DNA of 64,000 nt from positions 768,001-832,000 of the forward strand of contig CBDDFZ010000002.1 of NCBI GenBank assembly GCA_965227515.1, given 5' to 3'. Origin of the DNA: Alphaproteobacteria bacterium. GTDB lineage: Bacteria > Pseudomonadota > Alphaproteobacteria > CALKHQ01. Positions 46,010 to 55,091 of this stretch are shown here, piece by piece. The notes under the pieces were generated by a model. The model made no database searches, had not been told where the DNA came from, and saw nothing but the letters and a program-made list of their open reading frames with translations. Within the stretch, counting starts at the first letter, position 1. Each line of letters starts with the position of its first letter. The position numbers were made by a program, and so were the translations under genes.

Positions 46010-46996
46010 ATGGGGGCAAGATGGGCGTTGGCGCCATGGGCTGCAATGGTCTTGGTCGCCGGAACCGCATTGGCGGGCCTTGCGGGGGCCAGCGCTGCCC
46101 GGGCAGAGGGGCCGTCGGTCGTGACCGATATCGCGCCGGTGCAGTCGTTGGCGGCGACGGTGATGGAGGGGGTCGGCACGCCGACCCTGATCCTGCCGCC
46201 GGGGGCTTCTCCGCACGGCTATGCCATGCGCCCGTCGGAGGCTGCAAGCCTACAGGACGCCGATATCGTGTTCTGGGTCGGCCCAGCGCTGGCGCCGTGG
46301 CTGGCGCGCGCCATCGACAACCTGGCGCCGGATGCGCTCGTGGTCGAGCTGATGGCGGTCAAGGGCGTGAAACTGCTGGCGTCGCGCGTCGAGCACGCCC
46401 ACATCGCCGACGGCCACGGCCATATCGAGGCCCATGATGGGCACGATAACGGCCTGCAAGGCCGCGCCGCCGTGGACCCGCACGTCTGGCTGGATCCGGT
46501 CAATGGCATCGCCTGGCTCGACGCCATGGCCACGGCCCTGTCGGAGGCCGACCCGGCCAATGCCGAACGCTACCGCGCCAATGCCGAAGCGGGGCAGGCG
46601 GCGCTGCAGGCCTTGACCGACGACATCGCGGCCCGGTTGGCGCCGGTGGCCGGCTTGCCGTTCGTGGTGCGGCACGATGCCTTTCACTACTTCGAGCATC
46701 GCTTCGACCTGGGCAGTGCCGGCGCGATCGCACTCGGTGACGCCGTGGCACCGGGGCCGGCGCGGCTGGCCGAGGTCGTGACCCTGGTCCGCGACCGCAA
46801 CGTCACGTGCGTGTTCACCGAGCCCCAGTTCGACGAGGGGCTGGCCGAAACGGTGGCCGAGGGCAGTGGGGCCAGGATCGTGGTGCTGGACCCGCTGGGC
46901 ACCGCGCTGGAGCCGGGTCCCGCCCTCTATGGGCAGTTGTTGGACGACATGGCCGATACAGTGGCCGGGTGCCTGTCCGGCTCAGGCGCTCACTGA
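46010..46996 (+). CDS. znuA: Zinc ABC transporter substrate-binding protein
   Basis: GASPHGY, His-rich loop, DPHVWLDP, HDAFHYFE, CVFTEPQF. Confidence 0.93.
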   Translation: MGARWALAPWAAMVLVAGTALAGLAGASAARAEGPSVVTDIAPVQSLAATVMEGVGTPTLILPPGASPHGYAMRPSEAASLQDADIVFWVGPALAPWLARAIDNLAPDALVVELMAVKGVKLLASRVEHAHIADGHGHIEAHDGHDNGLQGRAAVDPHVWLDPVNGIAWLDAMATALSEADPANAERYRANAEAGQAALQALTDDIAARLAPVAGLPFVVRHDAFHYFEHRFDLGSAGAIALGDAVAPGPARLAEVVTLVRDRNVTCVFTEPQFDEGLAETVAEGSGARIVVLDPLGTALEPGPALYGQLLDDMADTVAGCLSGSGAH

Positions 46997-47997
46997 CCGG
47001 CCGGATTCACCGTCAGGTCGACGACCAGCGGCAGGTGGTCGGAGCCATTGGGGGCGCCCACCGTCACGTCGCGGACGGCAACGGATGAGTCGACCAGCAC
47101 ATGGTCGATGGGAATGCCGAACCAGCCGAACATCGAAAGCCAGGTCGCAACATAGCCGTAGCCGTCGGCGGCATTGCGCAGCTCGGTGGCCTCCATCAGG
47201 TCGTTCCACAGCGGCGAGTACGGCGTGGTGTTGAAGTCGCCCAGCATGATGGTGGGGTGTTCCGCGTCCGCCACCGCCTCGGCCATCGCCTCCAGATAGC
47301 GCCGGCGTACCGACATATAGCGTTCGCGGATCGGATAGGGCGGGTGGACGGCAATCACGCTGATCAGCCGGCCGTCGATCTCGATCTCCGCGGACGGGAA
47401 GACCAGGCCGAAGCCGCGGCCGTCGCGGATGTCGAAATGCTGGATCGGGTGCCGGCTGAGCAGGATGACGGACTGGTGGTACTCCCAAATCAGCGGCGCC
47501 GCGTAGGGATAGAGCTCGATCAGTTCGGCCGGCGGGTCGTAGGACCACGGCGTGGTCTCCTGTAGCGCGATCACGTCTGCGTCGTAGGCTTTGATCTGCT
47601 CCAGGACCTGGCCGGGCGTGGGGTTGTTGGAGAGCATGTTGATCGAGGCGATGCGCAGCTCCAGCCCGTCGTCGGCCGCGGCCGGGCCGCCGGACGGCAG
47701 ATAGGCGGGCGCTAGCCACCAACCATGAACGGCCATGCAGGCAATCGTCGCCAGGGTCGCGATGCGCCGCCGGCAGGGGATCGCGAAGGCCAGGACCACC
47801 AGACCGATCAGCACGTAGTGCATCCGGAAATGGGTCAACAGGTCGAACGGCCACCAGGTCCGGGCGAAGAACGTCAGCGCCGTGGCCCCGAGCAGGCACA
47901 GCATCACCAGTTCGACCGGCGGCCACACCAGTTCGCGCCAATCGAGGCGTCGGCGGCGGGCCGGCCGTGCGTCGATGGTCTGGTCGGAGGCTGTCAC
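46990..47997 (-). CDS. Membrane-anchored endonuclease/exonuclease/phosphatase family protein
   Basis: N-terminal TMs, DVIALQE, LGDFNTTP, PIDHVLV, GSDHLP. Confidence 0.88.
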   Translation of the reverse strand: MTASDQTIDARPARRRRLDWRELVWPPVELVMLCLLGATALTFFARTWWPFDLLTHFRMHYVLIGLVVLAFAIPCRRRIATLATIACMAVHGWWLAPAYLPSGGPAAADDGLELRIASINMLSNNPTPGQVLEQIKAYDADVIALQETTPWSYDPPAELIELYPYAAPLIWEYHQSVILLSRHPIQHFDIRDGRGFGLVFPSAEIEIDGRLISVIAVHPPYPIRERYMSVRRRYLEAMAEAVADAEHPTIMLGDFNTTPYSPLWNDLMEATELRNAADGYGYVATWLSMFGWFGIPIDHVLVDSSVAVRDVTVGAPNGSDHLPLVVDLTVNPAGQ

Positions 47998-48271
47998 GTG
48001 TCGATGCTGCCTGTTGGGGGACGAACGAGTGCGTGGTGCGCGGTCAAGGTGCCGAAATTATGGCGCCCGGCGTCATCAGTGTGCCTGGCAATGGTGTCGG
48101 TCGCGTAAAGGCCGGGCGGTGGTTGGCTTGGCGCCACCATGACGGCGGCCAGCCGATGCGGTTATACCAGTCCCGCCATGACGGGCACGCGAATCGCGCC
48201 TGGGGAAGGACGCAGCATGAGCATGCGACGCGCAACAGCAAGGGGATGTGGGCGTTGAGGCCGCGGTCGTG

Positions 48272-49579
48272 ATGCGCGCCCTGGTGAGACTTGGCGACCT
48301 GCTGGAGCGCGCCAACATCTGGATGCTGGTCGGCCTGACCGTCCTGGTGCGCGCGCTGGTGGCGGTTTTCGCGCCGGCGTTTCCCAACCTTCCCGATGCG
48401 CTGGCGTACAGCCAGGGCGCCCAGCAATTGTGGGCCGCCGGCCAGATCGTCGACAACAATACCCTGCCGGTCTATCCGCTGTTTCGGCTGATCACGGGCG
48501 ATGGGGTGGCGACTCTGATTGCCGAGTTCCTGCTCTCGGGCCTGTGCGCATGGCTGCTCTTCCTGCTGGCGCAACAGCTCGGCGGCCGGCGGTTGGCCGG
48601 TGTGCTCGCCGCGCTGGTCTGGGCGATCTACCCGATGGCGGCGTTCTATGCCGTGGTCGGGCTGACCGAGAACTTCTTCGTCGCCTTGATGCTGGGGGCG
48701 ACGGTGCTGCTGTACCGCCGCAGCTACTGGGCGGCATCGCTGCTGCTGGTGCTGGCCGGCCTGACCCGTGGATCGGTGGAGATCGTCGGCCTGCTGATGG
48801 TGGCATCGGCGGCGGTCATCGTGCATCGGGAGCGCTGGGCCGTCACCGGGCGCGCCGTGGCCGTCTATGTGGCGCTGTACGTCGTGCTGTCAGCGCCCTG
48901 GTGGTGGCACAACTACGAGAAGTTCGGCGTGTTCGAGCGCACGACCCTGGCCGACGGCGTGGTGCTCTATGCCGGCAACAATCCGTTGAACTGGTCGGGC
49001 GGCGGGGTCGGCGACACCGCCAACGCGCCGCCGGACTTCGACATGGCGCAGTTCGACCATCTGCTGGGCGACCCGGTGGCGCGGCGCGACGCACAGGTGG
49101 CCGCCGCGATGGACTTCATCTCCGAGAACCCGGATCGGTTCGTCGAACTGGCGTGGATCAAGTTCCTGCGCTTCTGGCGGCTGACGCCCTTCACGCCCGA
49201 CTACCAGGTGTGGTGGATCGATGCGCTGCTGATCGTCAGCTACGGCCCGGTCCTGGCGTTCGCGATCTGCTATCTGGCGGTGTTCGGGTGGCGACGGTTC
49301 TGGCACCTGTCACCGGTTCTGGGGTTCATCGCCTTCGTCATGCTGGTGCACATGGCGACCATCGCGTCGATCCGCTACCGCTTCCCGGTCGAGCCGTTCC
49401 TGATCGTGTTCGCCGCGATGTTCGTCGACCGCGTGTGGCCGCGCGGCAGGTCGGACGATGGGACCTACGAGGCGAGCTTGGCGTCCGCACCCGCTTCGGC
49501 GCGGGCGTCGGCACCGTCGTCGGCATCGTCGTCGGGAATGCCGGCCAGTACCTCCGGCCAGCCCGACCAGGGGCCATAG
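48272..49579 (+). CDS. GT-C (ArnT/PMT-like, GT39) membrane glycosyltransferase
   Basis: Multi-TM, PDALAY, LTENFF, PWWWHNY, RYRFPVEP. Confidence 0.75.
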   Translation: MRALVRLGDLLERANIWMLVGLTVLVRALVAVFAPAFPNLPDALAYSQGAQQLWAAGQIVDNNTLPVYPLFRLITGDGVATLIAEFLLSGLCAWLLFLLAQQLGGRRLAGVLAALVWAIYPMAAFYAVVGLTENFFVALMLGATVLLYRRSYWAASLLLVLAGLTRGSVEIVGLLMVASAAVIVHRERWAVTGRAVAVYVALYVVLSAPWWWHNYEKFGVFERTTLADGVVLYAGNNPLNWSGGGVGDTANAPPDFDMAQFDHLLGDPVARRDAQVAAAMDFISENPDRFVELAWIKFLRFWRLTPFTPDYQVWWIDALLIVSYGPVLAFAICYLAVFGWRRFWHLSPVLGFIAFVMLVHMATIASIRYRFPVEPFLIVFAAMFVDRVWPRGRSDDGTYEASLASAPASARASAPSSASSSGMPASTSGQPDQGP

Positions 49580-51342
49580 ACCTCGCGCTCGAACGTCTCG
49601 GCATCGATCGGCTTGGAGACGAGATAGCCCTGGGCGTACTCGCAGCCCAGACGGCGCAGCTCGCGCGCGATCTCCACGGTCTCCACGCCTTCCGCCACCA
49701 CGGCCAGGCCCAGACTGTGCGCCAGTTCCATCGTGGAGCGGACGATTGCCGCATCATGGGTGCGTTCGATCATCGGGCCGACGAATGCCTTGTCGATCTT
49801 CAACTCGTGAACTGGCAGCCGGGTGAGATAGGCGAGCGACGAGTAGCCGGTGCCGAAATCGTCGATGGAAAGCCGGATGCCGGTTTCCGCCAAGGCATGG
49901 GCGACCGCCAGCGCGGTATCGGCATCGTGCATGACCGCACTTTCCGTCACCTCAATGGTCAGCTTCTCCGGCGGGATGTTGAGGGCGCTCAGATGCTCGG
50001 CGACGTCCTCCGCCAGCGCCACGTCATACATCATGCGCGCCGACAGGTTGATGGCGACGCCCATGTCGATATTGCGCCGCCGCCAGTCGGCCATCTGCGC
50101 GCAGGCCGTCTCCAGTGTCAGCCGGGTCAGGTCGTTGATCAGGCCCGTGCGCTCGGCCTGGATGATGAACTCGTCGGGTGAGATGTGGCCGAGCTTCTCG
50201 TGGTGCCAGCGCGCCAGCGCCTCGGCGCGCTGGACGCGGCCGCTGGCGAGGCACAGCTTCGGCTGGTAGTTGAAATAGATGTCGGCGTTCTCGATCGCGC
50301 GCTTCAGTTCGCCGGTCAGGGTGAGATGGCGGATCGAATTGTGGTCGGCGGAGGCGTCGTAGACCGAGACGGTGTGTCCGTTGTCCTTGGCCAGATACAT
50401 CGCCACGTCGGCGCACTTCATCAGGCCGCTGTCGTTGGTGGCATTCTCCGGGTGCAGGGCCACGCCGATGGAGCTGCCGATGCTGATCGACAGGTCGCGC
50501 AAGGTGAATGGGCGCGCGATCTCGGCGCCGAACCGCTCCGCCATCGCCGAGGCGGAGTCCGCGTCCGGGCAGTCCGGCAGGATGATCGCGAACTCGTCGC
50601 CGCCGAGCCGCGCCACGATTTGATTGGGCTTGGCCAGATTTGTCAGCCGCCGGGCGACCTGGCACAGCAACTCGTCGCCGACATCGTGGCCCAGGGTGTC
50701 GTTGATGTCCTTGAACCGGTCCAGGTCGATCAGCAGCAGCGAGAAGCCGGTTGGCCCGGTGCCGGCATCGACTTCCGCAATCAGCCGGTTCAGGTGCGCG
50801 CCGAGACTTGGCCGGTTGGGCAGCTTGGTCAGCGCATCGTGATTGGCCTGGAACTCCAGCCGGCGCTGCTGGGCGCGGCGCTCCGAGATGTCGCGCAGCA
50901 CGACGACCGTGGACCGTTCGCCGCCGGCATCGGTGCGGTTGATCGCGTATTCCACCGGGAATGCGCGTCCGCCCAGGCTCCTGGCGTCGGTCTCGTGATA
51001 GCTGCTGTCGTCCGCCGCACCTTCGGCCTGCGCTGCCAGCCGCACCGCGACGGCAGGCAGGATCTCGGCCAGCGGAATGTCTTCGGGCGCGCGCTCGCCC
51101 ATTTCGAACAGCTTCGCTGCCGACTGGTTCGCCGCGGCGATCCGTCGTTCGGAGTCGATGATCAGGATGCAGTCGAAGGTGGTTGCGAAAATACCCGACA
51201 TCACCGCATCGGACCGGCGCAGCCGCACCGCCCGGTTGGCCGCGATATCGGCGTTGCGGTCCGAGATCATCACCCGGTAGCGCTGCACATATTGCTGCAA
51301 TGCGTTGCCGCGTGAGGCGTTCTTGAAGGAGTTTGAGAACAT
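49465..51342 (-). CDS. PAS-GGDEF-EAL diguanylate cyclase/phosphodiesterase
   Basis: PAS (RDISER), DLDRFKDINDTLGHDVGD, RLGGDEF, AEALARW, IEVTES, DDFGTGYSSL, ELKIDKAF, AEGVET. Confidence 0.95.
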   Translation of the reverse strand: MFSNSFKNASRGNALQQYVQRYRVMISDRNADIAANRAVRLRRSDAVMSGIFATTFDCILIIDSERRIAAANQSAAKLFEMGERAPEDIPLAEILPAVAVRLAAQAEGAADDSSYHETDARSLGGRAFPVEYAINRTDAGGERSTVVVLRDISERRAQQRRLEFQANHDALTKLPNRPSLGAHLNRLIAEVDAGTGPTGFSLLLIDLDRFKDINDTLGHDVGDELLCQVARRLTNLAKPNQIVARLGGDEFAIILPDCPDADSASAMAERFGAEIARPFTLRDLSISIGSSIGVALHPENATNDSGLMKCADVAMYLAKDNGHTVSVYDASADHNSIRHLTLTGELKRAIENADIYFNYQPKLCLASGRVQRAEALARWHHEKLGHISPDEFIIQAERTGLINDLTRLTLETACAQMADWRRRNIDMGVAINLSARMMYDVALAEDVAEHLSALNIPPEKLTIEVTESAVMHDADTALAVAHALAETGIRLSIDDFGTGYSSLAYLTRLPVHELKIDKAFVGPMIERTHDAAIVRSTMELAHSLGLAVVAEGVETVEIARELRRLGCEYAQGYLVSKPIDAETFEREVYGPWSGWPEVLAGIPDDDADDGADARAEAGADAKLAS

Positions 51343-51365
51343 CTGGGGCGCTCGGGCGCTTGTCG

Positions 51366-52988
51366 TCAGCGCGCCAGGCGCCAGCGGCTGACCAGATCGC
51401 TCATGAAGTCGCCGTCGCTGACGTCCGACTGCCAGGCGGATGTGAACGACGCCGTGCCGCTGCGCGGTCGCTTCTCCGGCGGAAGCTCGTCGAAGCGCAT
51501 CCGCAGCGGCACCGCCACGCCTTCGCCGAGCGCGATCGCCTCGCCGTTCAGCAATGACGGCAGCAGGTCGAGCAGGCCGCCGCTCCAGTCCGGCATGCCG
51601 CCGCGCACGAATTCCTGGTCGGTGCGGCTGGTCAGGCGCATGGAGAACACGGTGTTGCACTGGGACAATGCCTGAATTGCCAGGTCCGACGGCCGCTGGC
51701 TGACGATGCCGAGCGACAGGCCGTACTTGCGGCCCTCCTTGGCGATGCGCGACAGGGCGCGCTTCGTCGGCTCGAAGCCCAGCCGGGTCTGCTCGGGGAT
51801 GTAGCGGTGGGCTTCCTCGCAAACCAGCAGGATCGGCATCGCACGGTCGCAGAAGAACGCAAAATCGAAGGTCAGCCGCGCCAGCACCGAGACGACGATG
51901 TTGATCACCTCGGACGGGATCGATGACATGTCGATGATGGTGATCGGCTTGCCGTCGACCGGCACCCGGAACAATTGCGACAGGATGGCGGCCATGTTGT
52001 CGCGCAGCGACAGCCCGGTCGGGAACATGAACCGGTAGCGCGGGTCGGCCTTGAACGACGACAGCTTGCCCTTCAGGCGCATGTATGGCGTCAGGGACTC
52101 CGCCTTGTCCAGCCGGCCCATCTCGTCCTCGAGCGCCTTGAACACGTCGGAGATGCGGTAGGGGACGGGCGAGTCCACGGTGAGCTGGCCGCCGGCCTTC
52201 TCGTCGTTGCCGACGAAATTGCGCTTCGCGGCGACGATCAGCTCGGACAGGATCGAGACTTCGGCGACAGCGTCCTGCTCCGGTGACTGGATCTGCATCA
52301 CCGCGGCCGACAATTCCTCAAGATTGAACAGCCAGTACGGCAGTTTCAGGTTGGTGACGTCGATCAGTTCCGCCATGTCCTTGAAGGCGGCGGCGTACTC
52401 GTTGTGCGGGTCCAGCAGCACCACGTGCGCGTTGGGGTTCGCCTCCAGGATGCGGTGCAGGATCAGCGCCGTGGCGCAGGACTTGCCGGTGCCGGTCGAG
52501 CCGAGCACGGCGAAGTGCTTGCCGAGCAGGTCGTCGGGCGCGGCGCAGGCCGGGATGGATGGGTCGTGGAACACCCCGCCCAGGCGGATCGTCGCCTTGT
52601 CCGGCAGGCTGTAGACGCGCGAGATATCCTCCGACGTCGCGACCATGACCGGTGCGCCGACCGCCGGCAGATGCGACACGCCGCGCTGGAACTTCATCTC
52701 GCCATGGCCGGGGGAAGACTTGGGGGATTCGCCCAGCAACTCCAGCTCGGCAAACACGAAAGTGGACTGGTCGGGGTCGACGCTGGGAGTCGGCATGGTG
52801 ACACCGGTCACCAGACCGAAGATCCAGGTGTCGCCGGCCGAGATGCGTGCCAGCATGCCGGCCCGCAACGCCGTGTCGCTGCCGGGTGCGGCCTCGTCGT
52901 CCAGCAAGACGACCACTTCCGAACCGGTGATACTGGCGACGCGACCGACGATCATTTCGTCGATGGCACGTGCCGCTCCGCCATCCAT
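51366..52988 (-). CDS. HerA/DUF87-like P-loop ATPase
   Basis: N-terminal HAS-barrel-like region, GSTGTGKS Walker A, LDPHNEY, CEEAHRY Walker B, EGRKYG, SQRPSDL. Confidence 0.9.
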   Translation of the reverse strand: MDGGAARAIDEMIVGRVASITGSEVVVLLDDEAAPGSDTALRAGMLARISAGDTWIFGLVTGVTMPTPSVDPDQSTFVFAELELLGESPKSSPGHGEMKFQRGVSHLPAVGAPVMVATSEDISRVYSLPDKATIRLGGVFHDPSIPACAAPDDLLGKHFAVLGSTGTGKSCATALILHRILEANPNAHVVLLDPHNEYAAAFKDMAELIDVTNLKLPYWLFNLEELSAAVMQIQSPEQDAVAEVSILSELIVAAKRNFVGNDEKAGGQLTVDSPVPYRISDVFKALEDEMGRLDKAESLTPYMRLKGKLSSFKADPRYRFMFPTGLSLRDNMAAILSQLFRVPVDGKPITIIDMSSIPSEVINIVVSVLARLTFDFAFFCDRAMPILLVCEEAHRYIPEQTRLGFEPTKRALSRIAKEGRKYGLSLGIVSQRPSDLAIQALSQCNTVFSMRLTSRTDQEFVRGGMPDWSGGLLDLLPSLLNGEAIALGEGVAVPLRMRFDELPPEKRPRSGTASFTSAWQSDVSDGDFMSDLVSRWRLAR

Positions 52989-53066
52989 GGCTGCTCCAAT
53001 TATCGGCTCGCGCGAAATGAAAATATATGGGGGGGGCGCGTGCCCCTTCGCGCTGTCTGAATTCTC

Positions 53067-53092
53067 CTAAAATGTACCTAAAACTCTATTAA
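53067..53092. promoter_or_regulatory. CtrA-box-like array in an AT-rich promoter region
   Basis: CTAA-N7-CTAA-N7-TTAA versus the CtrA consensus TTAA-N7-TTAA, upstream of the HerA/GGDEF-EAL pair. Confidence 0.4.
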
Positions 53093-53136
53093 ATGGGCGG
53101 CGGAACGGGTTGCCGGCGGCTGGGTCGGAACCGCGC

Positions 53137-54096
53137 TCAACGCCGGACCGCGCGCGGGTCCAATGCGTCCTGCAGGCCATCGCCCAGGAAGTTGAACGCG
53201 ATCACGGTGACGAAGATCGCGAGCCCGGGGAAGATCGCCAGGGTCGGCGCGCGCGATGCGTATTCCTGCGCGTTGGTCAGCATCCCGCCCCAACTCGGGA
53301 TCTGCGGCGGGATGCCCAGGCCCAGATAGCTGAGCACGCTTTCGGTCAGGATGATGCCGCCGATCGACAGCGTCGTTGCCACCACCAGCGGCGAGATCGC
53401 GTTCGGCAGCACATGGCGCCAGATGATGCGCGCGTCGCTGGCGCCCAGCGCCTTGGCCGCGCGCACGAATTCGCGCTCGCGCAGGGAAAGCGTCGCGCCA
53501 CGCACGAGGCGGGCGACGGTGGTCCAGCCGAACAGGCTGATGATGATGATGATCCGCCACACCCCGGCGGACTCGTCGCTGGCGATATCGGCCGGGATGC
53601 CGAGCTTGGTCAAGTCCAGGGCGGCCAGGATGATCAGTACCGGCAGCAGAGGCAGGGCGATCACGCCGTCGGTGATGCGCATCAGGAGGGAGTCCGTGCG
53701 CCCGCCGTAGTAGCCGGCGACGACCCCGATGACGGCGCCGATCACACTGGCCACCAGCGCCGACATCACGCCGACGAACAATGAGATCTGACCGGCCTCC
53801 AGCATGCGCACGAACACGTCGCGCCCGGCGGCGTCGGTGCCGAGCAGGTGCTCGTCGGACGGTGCCGCGTACTGGTTGAACAGGTCGACGGTATAGCCGT
53901 CGTGGCCGACCCAGGCCGCGAACAGGGGGGCTGCCAGCGACAACAGGGCCATGATCACGATGACGACCAGGCTGATCACGGCGGGCGGGTGGTGCAGGAA
54001 GCGGCGCCAGAACCCCTCGCGCATCAGCACGGCGGTCGCATCGGGTGCGGCTGCGTTGGCGCGGCTGAGTTCGGAGTGCATCTGCGCCATTGTCAC
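53137..54096 (-). CDS. Peptide/nickel ABC transporter permease (OppC/DppC)
   Basis: HLLGTDAAGRD, EFVRAAKALGA, NFLGDGLQDALDPR. Confidence 0.93.
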   Translation of the reverse strand: MTMAQMHSELSRANAAAPDATAVLMREGFWRRFLHHPPAVISLVVIVIMALLSLAAPLFAAWVGHDGYTVDLFNQYAAPSDEHLLGTDAAGRDVFVRMLEAGQISLFVGVMSALVASVIGAVIGVVAGYYGGRTDSLLMRITDGVIALPLLPVLIILAALDLTKLGIPADIASDESAGVWRIIIIISLFGWTTVARLVRGATLSLREREFVRAAKALGASDARIIWRHVLPNAISPLVVATTLSIGGIILTESVLSYLGLGIPPQIPSWGGMLTNAQEYASRAPTLAIFPGLAIFVTVIAFNFLGDGLQDALDPRAVRR

Positions 54097-55046
54097 TGCA
54101 GCTTCACGCGTGGGTCGAGGTAGCTGTACGCGAGATCGGCCATCAGATTGGCCAGCAGGATCGCCACTGTCGTAAGCAGCAGGGCAGCCAGCGCCAGATT
54201 GTAGTCATTGCCCATGATGGCGTCATAGATCGTGCGGCCCATGCCGGGGTAGGAGAACACCTGCTCGGTGATCAGCGCGCCGGAAAACAGGGTGCCGAAG
54301 TCCAGCGCCATGATGGTGACGATGGGGATCATCGCGTTGCGCAGCGCGTGGTTGCGCACGACGCCCAGTGTCGAGAGGCCCTTGGCACGTGCCGTGCGCA
54401 CATAGTCCTGGCGCATCGCCTCGATCATCGCGGCGCGGGCGTGGCGGGTGTAGACGGTCAGGCTCGCCACCGTCAGCGCCATCACCGGCAGCACCTGATA
54501 GCTCGCCCAGCCCAGGAAGCCGTCGCGGGCGATGGACCCGCCGCCGGAGGGCGGTAGCAGGTGCCATGTCACCGAGAACAGCAGCATCAACAGTAATGCG
54601 AGCCAGAACGACGGCACCGAGATGCCGGCAAAGCAGAGCAGGTTGACGACGTAGTCGGTGATCGATTGCGGCTTCAGCGCCGCCGCGATGCCGGCGGGGA
54701 TCGCGATTGCCAGCGCCAGCACGAAGCTGAGGCCGAGCAGGATCATCGTGTTGCCGAGGCGAGGCAGCAGGATGTCCATCACCGGTACGCGGTAGGTGCG
54801 GGAATAACCGAACTCACCCTGCAGCAGGTCGCTTGCCCAGTTGGCGTAGCGCACGACCAGGGGCTGGCCCAGGCCGTAGCGTTCCTTCAGCCGCTCGGCA
54901 TCGGCCGCGGTCAGGTCCGGGTTCGACTGCACCATGACGTCGATGGGGTCGCCGGGCATCAGCCCGATCAGCACATAGATCAGGAACGAGACGATGACGA
55001 CGAGGGCGACGACGCCCAGCAAGCGCCTGGCCAGATAGGCGTACAT
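54093..55046 (-). CDS. Peptide/nickel ABC transporter permease (OppB/DppB)
   Basis: MPGDP, DYVRTARAKGL, YSYLDPRV. Confidence 0.93.
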   Translation of the reverse strand: MYAYLARRLLGVVALVVIVSFLIYVLIGLMPGDPIDVMVQSNPDLTAADAERLKERYGLGQPLVVRYANWASDLLQGEFGYSRTYRVPVMDILLPRLGNTMILLGLSFVLALAIAIPAGIAAALKPQSITDYVVNLLCFAGISVPSFWLALLLMLLFSVTWHLLPPSGGGSIARDGFLGWASYQVLPVMALTVASLTVYTRHARAAMIEAMRQDYVRTARAKGLSTLGVVRNHALRNAMIPIVTIMALDFGTLFSGALITEQVFSYPGMGRTIYDAIMGNDYNLALAALLLTTVAILLANLMADLAYSYLDPRVKLQ

Positions 55047-55091
55047 GCGCGGCGGTGCGGTGCGATGCGTGGGCTGCGGTGAGACGCGGCC

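Noticed and set aside
46990-47997. EEP protein as a mobile-element endonuclease
   Set aside because: Its N-terminal TM helices match the common membrane-anchored EEP family, and there is no RT or integrase nearby.
51366-52988. HerA as an anti-phage (Sir2-HerA/Nezha) or NurA-HerA repair system
   Set aside because: No effector or nuclease neighbour, host-like codon usage and no island features.
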